64,000 nt of DNA from Utricularia gibba (lineage: Eukaryota; Plantae; Magnoliophyta), in NCBI GenBank assembly GCA_002189035.1, contig NEEC01000012.1, positions 2,480,001-2,544,000 of the forward strand, read 5' to 3'. Positions 23,981 to 37,016 of the stretch are shown here, piece by piece. The notes beneath the pieces were generated by a model. The model did not search any database. It was not told the origin of the DNA and was given only the letters and a program-made list of their open reading frames with translations. The position numbers were made by a program, and so were the translations under genes. Numbering within the stretch: position 1 is the first letter of the stretch; every line of letters begins with the position of its first letter.

Positions 23981-26527
23981 TTATGCTCTGATCAGCAACT
24001 CATAAACACAGCCATTATACTCTCCAGAAACACGTTTCAGCATTTCAAAACTCCTCCTACTGCCAAGAAAATCAATCCTCTTCAACACTACCGCACTCTC
24101 TGCAGAGTAAGCATCTCGGAGATTGTCCGCATGCCGCGAGTCCGTGTGGATGCCGATCTCGATCTCCTCCGGCGACATGCTTGCCTGGTAGCATCAATAT
24201 GCTTCAGAGGAATGCAGTGTAGCGCAATGCTGGATGATGAGATGGGAGCAGGTAGTACCTGGTAGAAGGCATAGATGTGATCAAGGATTTGCAGGCATGT
24301 GAAGCCTGTGTTGCTGAAGAATGTTTTCGAGCATGGCCCTATTTCTGAGAAGCGATCAACTGGAAACAAGATGGTCATGAAACTGCCTTTGAATATCAGT
24401 TGTGATTTTTCGCTGCAAGGTGGAGAAGCCATCAGAGGAACACAGATGATATTCAATGATGTGCATATGTTGTGCAAAAGGGGCATCTAGGACTGGTACC
24501 TTTCTGTGAGAGGACGGGAAGGGTTGATGAATGAAGTTTCAGTTTCCTTTCTGTCATCCATTGCATCTGTGAATCCATCGATGCTGCAAGTGTCGCTGTG
24601 CATAGCAGCAGTAGAAGTTGGCTCAGATATGGACCAGCAGATGGAGTCAAGAAGGGTGATTGGAGTTATCAGGGGACAGGAGTTCGGCACATCTGCTTTG
24701 CCAAGATAAAAATTTGATCACTCATCATGGATAGGCAAACACATAAACATTGGCAGCCATAAAGTCTGCTGTTTCTTAAAAAAGTTTACAGCAAACTTTA
24801 CCTTCATTTGGGGATTTCTGCGTTTTCTTACACCATCTTTGGCCAGGGTCACCTGATAACAAAGATGAGCAAGAGTTTCTCTTCAGAAACATCGTGCAAT
24901 CTAAGATTTATTCATACAGTCTTATCAGATCTAGTATTTTGTATTACCTTCATTTGCCTTTCTTCAAGACTGAATTCAGCAGGGGACATGTTTAAAACAC
25001 TTGAACTACAAGTTGCAGAAACTGCCTGAGAGGATAACAGATGAGAGTGTTACTCAACAGCTGCTTAAAGAAGCATAAATGAGCACCGAAATAAATTGAC
25101 CTCATTAGAGCCATCCTGTTGTATATTATCAAGCATAGATCCGGTAAACCTGGCCAAATCAACAGATAAGTGGACTAATCTTTGCATTGAATGTTCTTTA
25201 GCAGACTTCAGTACCCACAGAGGCTGCAGAAAAAGACCATAAGAACAAAAGAAGAAAATAAATGGTCCGGCTTCAAGTTTTCCTATGAGCAAACTTGTAA
25301 ACGCATATCATTACCGTGACAACATTACTTGAGTGGCCAAGATACTTTTGAATTGAAAGTCCCTCGCAGACGACATAATTCACATTGCAACCAACAAACC
25401 ATTGATTGACCAAACTAGCACCTTCAGTGGAGAGCACCTGTACAACCTGAAAAAACAAACATTTTTTACAAAGGTATGTTTAGTAGACAAAGAAAAAGAA
25501 TCTTGATATTCCTCAAAAACATACCTTACTGCGGAGCTCAGGAGGAACACCTTCATCGATATAAAAGACTTCGCCTGAAAAAGGTGAAATACCAGTGCAT
25601 CTTCTGGACTCTGACTCACGCATCAACACTGCATCAGTATGCCTAACTGGATTCATATTCTCCGCGACAGAATACTTCTCATGCTGCTTGAAGTCATCAT
25701 TTGATGCACCATTGTTCCTATTAATCCCATATAGCTCCTCATTCAACCTAACTGGAATAAAGCCAGGAATGCGAAAATTATCCTTCTATAACGGAGAATC
25801 CATCATTCAAAACTACGCCTTCTACTAACAGAAGTTACCGTTGCTTCTGACACTATCAACGAACCAGCCTATTGTTACAAGGAGCAAACCATTCTTTGCT
25901 CCATGTCTCAAAGCATGCATAAATTTACGCCCATTAGAGCTGTAGAAATTGTTAAGGGTGGCAAGAATCTGCTAAGTAAAATCAAGTCATCGACATATAG
26001 AGTATCCATATTCAAAATTGGTAGAATGTCATATTCGCGCTCACTAAAAGCAACACAGACTTTTGCATAATAAAGGATATCTGAACAACCAAATGACTGC
26101 AATGATCATGTAAGTGAGGACTGTATTGACCACCCAATCTCTCAGTAGCTTCCTTGACCTGCCTCCTTGTTTCTAAAAGATAATCATGAAATTAGAACAA
26201 AATCCGCTATTCGAAACATCTAGGAATCGAATCAAGTACGTCAAACCAGAAACCACAGCCCCCTGTAACATGTAATGAGAAGATTAAGAATGCACCTTTA
26301 GATAATCCAGTTACACAGATCACAAGGCCGGAAAATGGTCCATCAGGTAGCGACATTTTAGCTGGAGATTCGAAAAACTTGGATACGGGGAACATGGGAG
26401 ATGCGGGCTCCATAAAAAAAGAAGGAATTCGTCTAAACGAGGAAGAGAAATCTGGAAACATCTTTGAACACCCTTTCCCAGAAAACACCTTCACTCTGTC
26501 ACCGTTGCCTCTGATTACACCGGCCAT
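23981..26527 (-). CDS. BRCT-domain DNA-repair protein (At3g43930/TopBP1-like), 11 exons, one U12 intron, apparent frameshift in exon 9
   Basis: Exons 26527-26296, 26172-26081, 25941-25839, 25751-25525, 25446-25315, 25223-25101, 25025-24948, 24852-24802, 24692-24500, 24412-24259, 24184-23981. BRCT motifs PFSGLVICVTGLSK..ERLGGQYSPHLH..CSHLVV and VTIGWFVDSV; C-terminal LKRIDFLGSRRSFEMLKRV. Confidence 0.85.
25942..26080 (-). other. U12-type (minor spliceosome) AT-AC intron
   Basis: Starts ATATCCTTT, branch-site CCCTTAAC 9 nt before a terminal AC; removal joins HLVVQ to SSNGRKF in frame. Confidence 0.9.
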
Positions 26528-28603
26528 TTTTCATCACAGTCAATTATAACACAGGGACCAACACAAAATCTAAATTGAGAAACTGGGTCGGAGGAAAAAT
26601 GGGTATTTTGTGTCTCCTCAGATCCTCTGTATGTACAGGCTACAGGGGAAAGGAAGTGGGAAACTCGAATTCAAAACAGGATTCAATCTGAAAAGAAAAA
26701 GAGAATTCAGTCAGCAGTGACTGATGCTTAGCTGTATTGTGTTTTCTCTACCGTGTCGCTTCTGAAAAAATAGATATCCCCCTGCCTCGCAAGTCTCAAG
26801 CAGCAGTGTCTCGATTCGGGACACGCGCATGGAAAAAGGAAGAACTTGAAAACAACATTCTAGCCAATGCGATGTAGAAGAGAAGCCCTACTTTTTCAAT
26901 TTGAAGCTTCGATCCCTCGTCACCCCCTGCAACAGGCGCCAACGAAAAAGAAAAAGCAAGAAAAGCAAGCAAACATTCCTTTGACGCCAACGGCTACTTT
27001 TCCCGATTCATTTCAACTTACGAATCCTTCATTTTTCCAATTTATTGAGTGGGCCCTCTGACCTGCTACTCACATCTTTAATGGGCCGGCCCAATAGGCC
27101 CAACTAAACTCCAGCAACAACCACCACTTCCGATGTTGAGGGATAATTTAATTCATAATTTATTTAAATTATTTATATATAAATACACAAATACTTAAAA
27201 AAAAAAAGAAAAGAAAAGAGAATGGATCCGGGTCCCAAATCCTGAGGCCCATGAGAGGTGGGCATCCACCTTTGGCAGGGTCGGTGATGGATCTCTGAAG
27301 CACACCCTGCTCTGTCCTGTCCCCATTCCCATCTCCTTTGACCAAAATCTTTGTCTTTATTTTTTTGTTTTTCCAAATACCCTCTTCTTCCTTGTTCTTA
27401 TTTTTCTCACCACACACCTGTCTCGCGATTTCACGACGTTCCTTAAGCGTCATTTGAGTGAACTAGCGAATGCAGAAGCTGTAATGAACTTCAAAAGGGG
27501 GGAGAGCTCGCAATGACACCTCCGCCTTCATTAATTACATACTTGGCAGGCACAGCAGGGAGCTACAGAAGTTTAAGAGAAAGCACATACACCCACAGGG
27601 GTGTGTGAAGAAACAAAATGGGGAAAAAAGGGTAAAAGAGAAAAAGCGAGCCCAGCGGCAGCTCAGGTCTTTCTGCAAACCCTTCTGCGAGCATGAGGAG
27701 ATGAGTTAAGTGTAGTTGCCTGTTCAAATATGAGCCACTTCTCAGACGCCAGCTCAACATAGGACCACTTTCGCTTTACTTAACATTATTACCATCATCC
27801 TCATCATCATTATGTTAGGGGAGTTCCAGTTACAGTGTCATGGTCCAAGAAACAGCAATGCTGGCTTCGATTCTGGTTAAGGTTCTTGTTTCACTTCCCT
27901 GCTTTTCTCGAATAGGGTTCTTCACATTTATTTAATCCACGATACAGCAACTAAAGGGTGTCTGTTTCTAGCAAGCCGCATGTGTTTGTGGTTTTGTGGG
28001 TGTTGGGGAGTATGTGTTTGCATTGCTTGTGATGCATCTCCTCTTCTGGACGCTCCTAAAAATGTCTGTCTGCATGGCACCCCCATTGTACGGACGTTGA
28101 TATCTATCAGTTCCCACGTGAAGGATCACTGGAATCACAATGAAAGCATAGTTTCGATATCTTTAATCGTCAGTTAACAGGATCCTTCTTCCTGATTCGT
28201 GTTGCGTTTATAAGGATCTAATGTTGGCTGCTCACAATACGTTGCATGGAATGCGTCGGGTTGGTGCATTTCGAGACCATTAAATGGAAAATATTAATGA
28301 TAAAACGCCGACTCACGTGATTGTTGAACGTGTGAATGTAGATTCGCCACATTTAAAATTAGAGTATTCAATATCTAAAAATATTAAATTATTGTAAAGT
28401 ATACAAAATGTAGAATATAAGATTGTTAAAAGATAATAAAAAACATGTTTTGTAACAACACAAAATCATATATCATTAAGATGATTTTATACCACTAGAA
28501 CATCATCACCTACAAAATGCACCAATTGACATCACTTGGTTGTGTTATTATCAATGTTTTAAAATTTGTTGCAATTTCCCCAAATTTGTCCCCTATTTTA
28601 TTT

Positions 28604-28608
<5 letters not shown>

Positions 28609-28642
<34 letters not shown>
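28609..28642. repeat. (AT)17 microsatellite
   Basis: Uninterrupted AT dinucleotide run of 34 nt. Confidence 0.95.
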
Positions 28643-28654
<12 letters not shown>

Positions 28655-29002
28655 TTAAAAAACCGTACATTGTGGCAACCAAAAGTAAACAATGAGTCAT
28701 GATGAGTCATGAACTTTATGATTGGTGAATAATGTGAGAAATTAGGATGCCTATTGAAAATAATAATAAAAGGGGGGTACGTACGGCTGGAAAGGAAAAG
28801 AAGGGGGGGGGGTGGATCATAACATTTCATGCTTTCACCTAAACCCTAGCTCACGTGACTGGCGCACGTGGGATACCCGGGATTACAAGAGGATTTACGA
28901 TAATATAATCACGATTAGCAAACTTTCCAAACCAAAAAAAATCAAACTCTGGAATTCAATCCTCCTGATTTACTTAACTATTACATCGGATTTTGTTGTT
29001 AA

Positions 29003-29983
29003 TTAGACGGAGAGGGGATCCGACCCGAAAACATCGTTGAAGTCCTGGAAAAAGTCGTCGGACGGCCAGAGTAGCGCGGCGGACCCGGAATCGGAGTTGG
29101 AGCTGGTGAATAGAGCGTCGTTGGAGATGTCCAAAGGGAGAAGTTCATCCGAGAAACCCGTCTGATCGAAGAAATCGGGTAACAAAGCGGGGTTATCGAC
29201 ATCGGGGAAAAGGTCGTCGATCGGAGGGAATATCGAGAAATTGGAGAAACTTTCCGTGAGGGAAATAGCGGGAGAGTCGTTGGATGGGGAGGGTAAATGA
29301 TGATGGGCTTGGGTGGAAGGAGGTTCGGGTTCGGGGGAGACGAAGCGGAGGACGGAGCTGGGGGACTTGGCATTGGTTTGTGATTCTTCGCCGGAGTTGT
29401 AGCCGGCGTTCTTTCGGGTCTCGGGTTGTGGATTCGAGAAATTGGTGAGAGCGTCGGGGCCACGGAGTTGAATGGCGGCGTGGTCGTATACCATGGCGGC
29501 TTCTTCCGCAGTGTCGTAGGTCCCCAGCCAGAGCCTCACGCGCCGCTGTGGGTCTCTAATCTCCGCCGCCCATTTCCCCCACGGCCGTTGCCGCACTCCC
29601 CTGAACTTCTTGTTACGGAAATTGCTTTCCTGCACCACACCCACACTCTTCTTCCGCTTCTGAACCGTCACCGCCTGCCGGCAACTCTTCACCGCTCCAT
29701 CAGAACAACCGCTAAGACTTCCATCCTCTGATCGAATCTTCACCTCATTCACGTACCGCCGGACACGGCGCCGTTTAACAAGCAACTCTAACCTGTCCTC
29801 CTCATCACTGGAGGAGTCAGTGGCATCAGGGTCAGTAACACAGAACCGTACAGTCCTTACACCAACAACCCCACCGGAAAAATTGCTATTCCCTTGGCAC
29901 TCCGGCAACTGCAACCCAGTAACCACAGTGGTACCCGACACGTATTCACTAATTTTCGGTTCTCCTTCACAAAACACCATCAT
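29003..29983 (-). CDS. Cytokinin response factor (CRF-clade AP2/ERF transcription factor), intronless
   Basis: CRF domain [36 protein letters not shown]2 domain [59 protein letters not shown] motif, tail FGSDPL. First ATG is 29983; the track start 30013 is GTG. Confidence 0.93.
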   Translation of the reverse strand: MMVFCEGEPKISEYVSGTTVVTGLQLPECQGNSNFSGGVVGVRTVRFCVTDPDATDSSSDEEDRLELLVKRRRVRRYVNEVKIRSEDGSLSGCSDGAVKSCRQAVTVQKRKKSVGVVQESNFRNKKFRGVRQRPWGKWAAEIRDPQRRVRLWLGTYDTAEEAAMVYDHAAIQLRGPDALTNFSNPQPETRKNAGYNSGEESQTNAKSPSSVLRFVSPEPEPPSTQAHHHLPSPSNDSPAISLTESFSNFSIFPPIDDLFPDVDNPALLPDFFDQTGFSDELLPLDISNDALFTSSNSDSGSAALLWPSDDFFQDFNDVFGSDPLSV

Positions 29984-32900
29984 TATCCTGTTACTCTTCG
30001 TCCTCAGATTCACATTGAACGGCGCAACAAACCTTCAAGAGCCTCAACCGGAAACACAAAATTGAACAAAAACAAAACCAGGGAGACTCTTATCGACCGG
30101 CAACTAACTGCTGCAACATAAAAAGAAACCCCAAAAAGACTCACTCCCAGAAAACAGAACGTGAAACCAGCAACCAGAACAAGAAGAAGCAGAAGATGGG
30201 TAAAAGGTGAAAAAAAATCACAGTTTTATAGTATGTAGATCAGATCGATTAAAGTAGAAACCCAGATGCCAAATGTAAAAACGGACGGGCGAAGTGGGGA
30301 ACAAATCGCCATACATCACCACTATTTTATAGGATCCGAAAATCAAAAAGGATTTACCTTAAAACACAATTAATTAACATGATCCAAAATTAATTACCCA
30401 TATCAACGCGGACCATTCATAATTCCCAACACTCCATCCTCTTTTTTTTTTCTCTTTATTCATTAAATTGTTCTTGAAATCTGCGAGCGAAAGTCACGTG
30501 ACAAACGGAGTTGACGGCTCCGTTAATAATTTCCTATTTTCTTTAATATTATATTAAATATCAGCATTTAATTAATTTCCTCCATTTTCCCGCGTAAAAA
30601 TAGCAGAGAGAGCTTTGGTGCACTACATTTTTTTAATATTTAAAATATATCCAATATAAATTGAAAAATATTTTTTGAATTGTATTAATTAGAAAATATA
30701 AAAATAATTAAAATTGAATTTCCGTGAGTCAACGGAAGCAAGATGACTGTCGCGTCGTAAAAAGCTTCACGCTTCCCAAATTACTTTCGTTGTCATTTTC
30801 AAGAAAATAAAGGCGTGTGCATGCCTCAATTTTTTATTATCGAAAAAAAGAAATGAGGGCAAAATATTTATAATATATATTATTTATTAATTTTCTACTA
30901 AAAAAAAGTAATAATTAATTGCTTGAACTTCTTCCCATGCGCGCCACTTTCACTTGGATATTATTTTTCTGGTGAGTAAATAATGGAAATTCACTGGGAG
31001 GTCCTTTGACTCTCTAAAAATTACTTTCTATCTTCTTCTTTGGGGTTTTGTCTTTTGAACCTAATCTCCTTCCTCTAGTTTGTCTACCTTTTCCTTTTTC
31101 CTTTGCATCGCGTATATACTCTTATCTTTGCACTTTCCTTTTCTCTTGATCCATCTATTTTATCGTAGCTCTCCCCGAGCATCCGAAGTTGAATTCGGAC
31201 ATCGGGTCGAATATTTTGATCTATGGTAAGATTTCTCATTTTGAAAGCTTATTACAATGGGCCCAAAATGTATGAAAAAAAGGTGTGAATTTAAATTTTC
31301 AAATTTGGAGGGGTGCACCCAGTAATTATTACTAGAGGCCTCGGCAATGAATACCGGTAGTGTGGAACATTCATGTATGCACCAAAACGTTGGCATTATT
31401 ACATTTTCACCTTCCCAATATTCCCCCCCTTCTTTCGAGATATTGACATTTTGACCAACTTTTGTACGGTATTTGCAAGAGCACCCCAAGTACCGACATC
31501 CATCGTATGGTTGTATTTACTGTTAACCAAACAAGTTACTTTTAGTATTTAACGTTTACACCATTTCCATAAAAGGTCATAATAAATTCACGTACGTCAT
31601 TTTAAATAAAAACTTATTTCTAGTCCAAAATTACAAATTTTGTTGGTAAACTTTGTCCTGGTTACCCCCATGTAGTACACTCGGTGAGTAAAGGGCTCTA
31701 CATCATAGAGGTGTATTTTAAAAACTATTGTGCAATATGGTTGAATTGTTATGAATCGTAAAATGTGTATTAAAATGGATGCATTAAACTTGAAATGTTT
31801 TATAACAGAGAAAAAATAAATCACGATCCAATCATGTTTTGATCTTTTTTTATATATAATACAAACACTTAAAAAGTGTTTTTTTAAAAAAAATTATTTA
31901 ATTTGAATCATGGTTGAATCTATTATGATGTGTTTAGTAGAATAATATAATTAATAATATATTTGAGTTATTTGCATCTTAATAAACATATATTATATTT
32001 TTAAGATCAATGTTTGTTTGATATATAGATTTTGAACATATGTATTTAATATAATATTATGTTTGATTAGGAGTTTCTTTTTAGCAAAACCTACCTAAAA
32101 AGTTGATTTTTTTAAATACCCAATTCTAAGTTTTTTAAATATTATGAAAGTTTAAACATTTAAACCAAACTACCAAACAATTTACATTTGATTTAAAATG
32201 TGAAATGTTTGCCTACAAATTTTTTTGATGATTTGAAACAATGCGTTAGAGGGGTATAATCATGATGAATCAGATGCCCCCAATAATGAAGCTCAGCATC
32301 GATGCATTGGGTGTGTGATTGAATAGACAATCATGATTCATGAAGTCGCTAACTTCACTTATTGTGGAAGTGTAACAGTGTTACAATCTCCTCCATGCAT
32401 TTCAGCCATAGGGTTTTCCGGTGGAGAAGTTAATGCTGGCGGAGGAGGAGGAGGAAGGTCGGTGGAGGGGCAGTGCAACGGGATTCATTGATGACCGGTT
32501 TAGGGCCACCTACGACATTAAGACATCTGGGTCGTGCAATCATCAGCAGCCAAAGGGTGGGGGTTGGCTGGTATACACACAACACAAGGTATTTGAAAAA
32601 TTAAAATTAAATTAAAATATTCAAGTATATAAGAGAATAGTCTAATATAATCTATATTTATTGTATACTTGTAATTCATATGTGTTCATTCGATCCATAA
32701 GATACTTAATTTCAACATTACTTATTTCGCTTTCTTTGTAAATGGTACATAGGTTATTCCAACAAAAAGTATGGGTGTTTTGAATCTTGTAATTGTTGAA
32801 ATTCTTGTGTTGAAGAATAAATTGATATCCCATATTGTTAGTTGAAAATGAGTTCAATTTGTTTATAAGAGATACCAACCAATTAGTTTTGATAGTCTTG

Positions 32901-35900
32901 AAAGTGAGTAGAGTCTTATGTGCACGCAGAATTCTAATTTATCAGATCATGTTTAGTTTCCAAAGTAGTTATGATACCAAACCCATTAGGGTTAGGATTT
33001 GATATATATTCGATTAATTTTTAATACGGAAAAATTAGTTCTATAAGAATCTCTTAAATCAAAGGTGTGATATTTTCTTCTTTTCTTTGTTTTATTTACA
33101 AAAGTAATAAGGGGGTTTTGTTGTGGGTGTTGTTTATGGGGAACCGGCTGATTCTCTGATGCATCGTCACAAGGGTTGCTTAGAGATGCGTGATATGCCA
33201 TTACTGGTTTAATGACACACAGAGAGAGATCTCTCTAGTGACGAACAACGTGCAAGATGACATGGAGACGCAGACACCCCAAACTAAACCCATTCGGATG
33301 CCTCTGACACTTCACGAACTTCCATATCCCCGCTACTGCAGTAATATTTCCCGATGGATTCGCTATTATACTAAATATATTTACAAAATTGAACCAGATA
33401 TAAATTATTCTGAATATAGGGCCCGCTTTTTAATATGAAATACTTTTTGAGATTGTAAAATTGCTTTTGTGTGATATTATAAACTTTAATATTATGATAT
33501 AAATGTATTTTAAAAGTATATAAAAATTGAATAATATATTATTTGTAATTATTTGTTTATTTAATCATAAAACACGTGTTCAATAAATTGAATAATTTAT
33601 GAAATTAATCCCGTGATCTAAATTTTTTGATTTTATATAATATATAAAATAATTAAATATTATTATCTTTAAAAATAAAACAGAATCAATTCAAAAATTA
33701 TATAAAAAGAATGGGTCCATAATCTTTCCCAACTAGCGGAATGTGTTGTGATTCAGATTCGAAATGGACGTACAGTGAGTCGTTTTGGCGACTTTGCGGT
33801 TGTCCCTGAAATACCATGCACGATTTTGGATTTTAACTGACGTTTCTTATTGTATGTCATCTTCTAGTTAATTTTTTTCCCATTAAAACATGTAAAAAAA
33901 AAACGTTACATAAGGGTTGATTCACTAGTCATATGGGGAGGGTTTCAGTGACAACAAACACAACTTAATGAAGGTTACGCAATAATTCAAATAATATTTT
34001 TGTATTCTCATCATTATGATCATGCATTAAAAATCAATTATTGCACAACAAGCTATCAGTTGTCTCACTACAGTAACACTACACACGTTTTTTTTTTGTA
34101 CGATTGATATTACTCATTTCGATATGTAATTTTTATAATTTTATGTTTTCTCTTTTTAATAAAAAAATCTGATATAAAATTATGAGAATCCACTTATTTA
34201 AATATGTCATCTATTACATTCGTAACCAATGGGTGATACTATTATTATGCTCCTGATCTTATACACTTTTTATTTTATTAATTTAATATTATTGTGACAC
34301 ATAAGATATCAATTATAAGATACCAATATTAAAGTAATACTCCCCATTGGTATAGAAAAATAATAGTCGTGAGTGGCTGTAGATAAATTCGCGTAGCAGC
34401 TACAGAAGCCACAAGGGCTGATAAATTATACGAATAAAAAACGTTTTTTTTTTAAATAAAGATTAGGGTTACAGCATGAGGGTAGAGGATGGGGTGGGGT
34501 AAATGCTAGCAGCATTAGGAGCATACTGCACAGGGCGTCTACGGCGTCTAGCTCTACGCTTTCTTCCATGGCGGCTAGTTTGTGTAAAAAAAGGCGTGAT
34601 CCGCAGGCCCGTGATATCAGCAGCAATCCGATCCGATTGTGCGTGTCTGGGCTCGGCTGGTCTCACTTGCTTCGAAGAATTCTTCTGGCCCGTGCCTACC
34701 TTCACTGGCATCCCGTGAGCTTGAAAGCCCAAGATTCCTCATCATCTTTGTCATAATCAGCGCACCCAGAACCCTGATCCATGCCTTTCTGGTTAAAGTG
34801 GACGTCAGGTATCATATTGCTTATGTTGAATCATACAGAGTCTCTCCAAATCCGCAGAGAACAGTTCTATCCTAGCAGTGTCCTCGGGGAAAAACGAGAG
34901 CTGTGCTGTGCTGATACAACACAATTGGTGTCCAAACGTATTAATTGTGCTGCTGTCCTGCTGAAGATAAAAAGGAGGGGTCCGTGGTGGGATCATGGGA
35001 TAACCCGATTTGTCTGTCTGTCTGACCACCCAGGGGAGGGGGAGGGGGCGCACATGCGAAGCAGGTAAAGGAATGAATGAGGGCACCCAGCCAGCCAACT
35101 TCATCCTCTTCCTTCTGTGCTCCCCGCTTCCATAGATGTGCACTCTGCTCCAACACACATGCACTCTGCATCTTCGATGCACATCCTACACCCTCCTACT
35201 CTGCCACTACACCGGCCCTCTCTTTTTTTACAGCAATTCATGAACATTAACCATGCAAAATGCAATCTTCAGACCAGCCCTCTTTTTTTTTACCCCAATT
35301 CATGAATATTAACCATCCAAAATGCAATCTTTGATAGGATTGGAAACAAGGATCGGATCAGCTTAGCACCACACCCATTCCTTCAGGTTGTGTGAGTTCC
35401 AATAGACCCAGTGAACATAGGGCCACCCTCGTCTTTCGGTCCTACTGTCTGGCGAAATATTTAATGTTATATGCTTGTATTTTCAACATTATTCTTTAAA
35501 TTTTCGAAATTTGTAAAAAATAACGTTCATATTTTACGATATTACATTTTTCATTTTCTCCATCTTTGACCTATATTTTCAGTAGTTTATTCATACTCAC
35601 TTTGATTCCAAGCAAAATATGCTTAATTTTAGAGTTTCTATCAATAACACTCCACTTATGCTCTAAAAAATGACTTGGGTAAGATTTACTTGATCATTAT
35701 ACTCAATAACATTCTCTTATTATTATGTAAGTACCTCTCACACTTTCATGGGACTGAAGATCACATTCTATCTACTTACACATTTCCAAAATTTCTGCTT
35801 TTGTATCATTTAAATCTGAATTTTCGCGAATTTGTTTTTTTATCCAAATAAGTATTTTATTAAATAAATAAATCCAGGGACAGAATGCGAAGAATAAAAA

Positions 35901-36625
35901 AAATATGTGGACAATAAAAGGATAAATGCAAAGAAAAGCTGCGCGTCTGTCTTGCGAGTGTCGGGGTGTCGGACTCGGGCAGTAGGATAGACTGAAGCAG
36001 GGCTGTAAACGAGGAGATAATAATGAAAAAACAAATCCGACGAATGGACTATTACTGCAACGCACCACCCAGATCCAGCCACGTGGCTCTTGTTATGTGA
36101 ATCATAATCCCTAATCCATCTCCAAAGCTGGCCATGACGAAGCAAGCACTCGTTTATCCGACAAACCAAGTTCAGTGGCTTTTCAGACATGAAAATTAAA
36201 GCCTGGGTTTGAGAGATGGGTTTTGGTCGGAATTCGAAAAACAGTAGTTTTAAGAATGATGGGTTTTTTTCTGAGGGCGGGCATCGTTTTTTCCAGTTAT
36301 GGAGGCTCTGGTAACACACCCAAATCCACAGGCACTCGTCGTGTTGCTTGCAATTTTGTAATGAATTTTCTCGTATAACAACAATAGAACTGTCATTTTG
36401 GAACTCCCCGAATGATTACAGAACGCAGTTTTGATGTAGAGAACATGACAGTTTTGATTATAGAACTGTCATTTTGAGACACTGTTTTTTTCCGGCAGTT
36501 CGTATTCGGAATTCAGAATTATGGAAGGAGAGTCACTCCGTGGTGTCACTGATACTACTGTTATGTTTTCCTTTCGCCCTAACATTTTTCATCATTAAAA
36601 AAAAACAAACAAACAAGAAGATGGC

Positions 36626-36632
36626 TATAAAA
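36626..36632 (+). promoter_or_regulatory. Probable TATA box of the pri-MIR319 transcript; palindromic G-box AGCCACGTGGCT at 36077-36088 further upstream
   Basis: TATAAAA about 210 nt upstream of the MIR319 stem; perfect 12-bp palindrome containing CACGTG. Function inferred from position only. Confidence 0.45.
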
Positions 36633-36844
36633 TCCTGCTAGCGGCCTGCTGCAGGAGCCCAGCCAACGTTGAACTTGAGCAGGGAGGGTTCTTCTCCTCT
36701 GCTGGGGATCTGAAGAGAAGAGCATTAGCCGAGCCGGGGAAGTTAATATAACTGATGGCGTGAAGAGTAGGGTTCTATTTGCTTGTCAACTGATGATCTA
36801 TTGATTGATATAGCTAGGGTTTTGGAGGGTGTGGATTTGGGATA

Positions 36845-37016
36845 GAGAGAGTTTCCTTCAGTTCAAACATGGGGGAAGTAGGATCCAATTTGCTGCCGTT
36901 TCATTCGTACAAATGCTGAACATGCACTGATGCTTTGTTCCGCAGCTGATCGAATGAACTGGGAGTCAACTTGTATCTTACAATTCTTGTGCTTGGACTG
37001 AAGGGAGCTCCCTCTT
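36845..37016 (+). ncRNA. MIR319: MIR319 precursor hairpin (mature miR319 at 36993-37013)
   Basis: Exact mature TTGGACTGAAGGGAGCTCCCT on the 3' arm; 5' arm GAGAGTTTCCTTCAGTTCAA (36847-36866) pairs with it; loop-proximal blocks GCTGCCGTTTCATTCG and CGAATGAACTGGGAGTC match the long MIR159/319 precursor layout. Confidence 0.95.

Noticed and set aside
24802-24852. Suspected stop codon in BRCT exon 8
   Set aside because: On rechecking the run is four bases long and the 51-nt exon reads VTLAKDGVRKRRNPQMK without a stop.
27259-27277. GGGCATCCACCTTTGGCA resembling a miR399 site or IPS1-type target mimic
   Set aside because: Nine-base seed match plus GGGCA, but central mismatches and a deletion instead of the 3-nt bulge; no evidence of a host transcript; plausible by chance.
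31160-31489. 109-aa minus-strand ORF as a possible transposase remnant
   Set aside because: No recognisable transposase motif and no matching termini.
34455-34572. Two segments partly resembling miR408-5p and miR408-3p
   Set aside because: The arms do not form a regular duplex and the putative mature sequence has too many differences.
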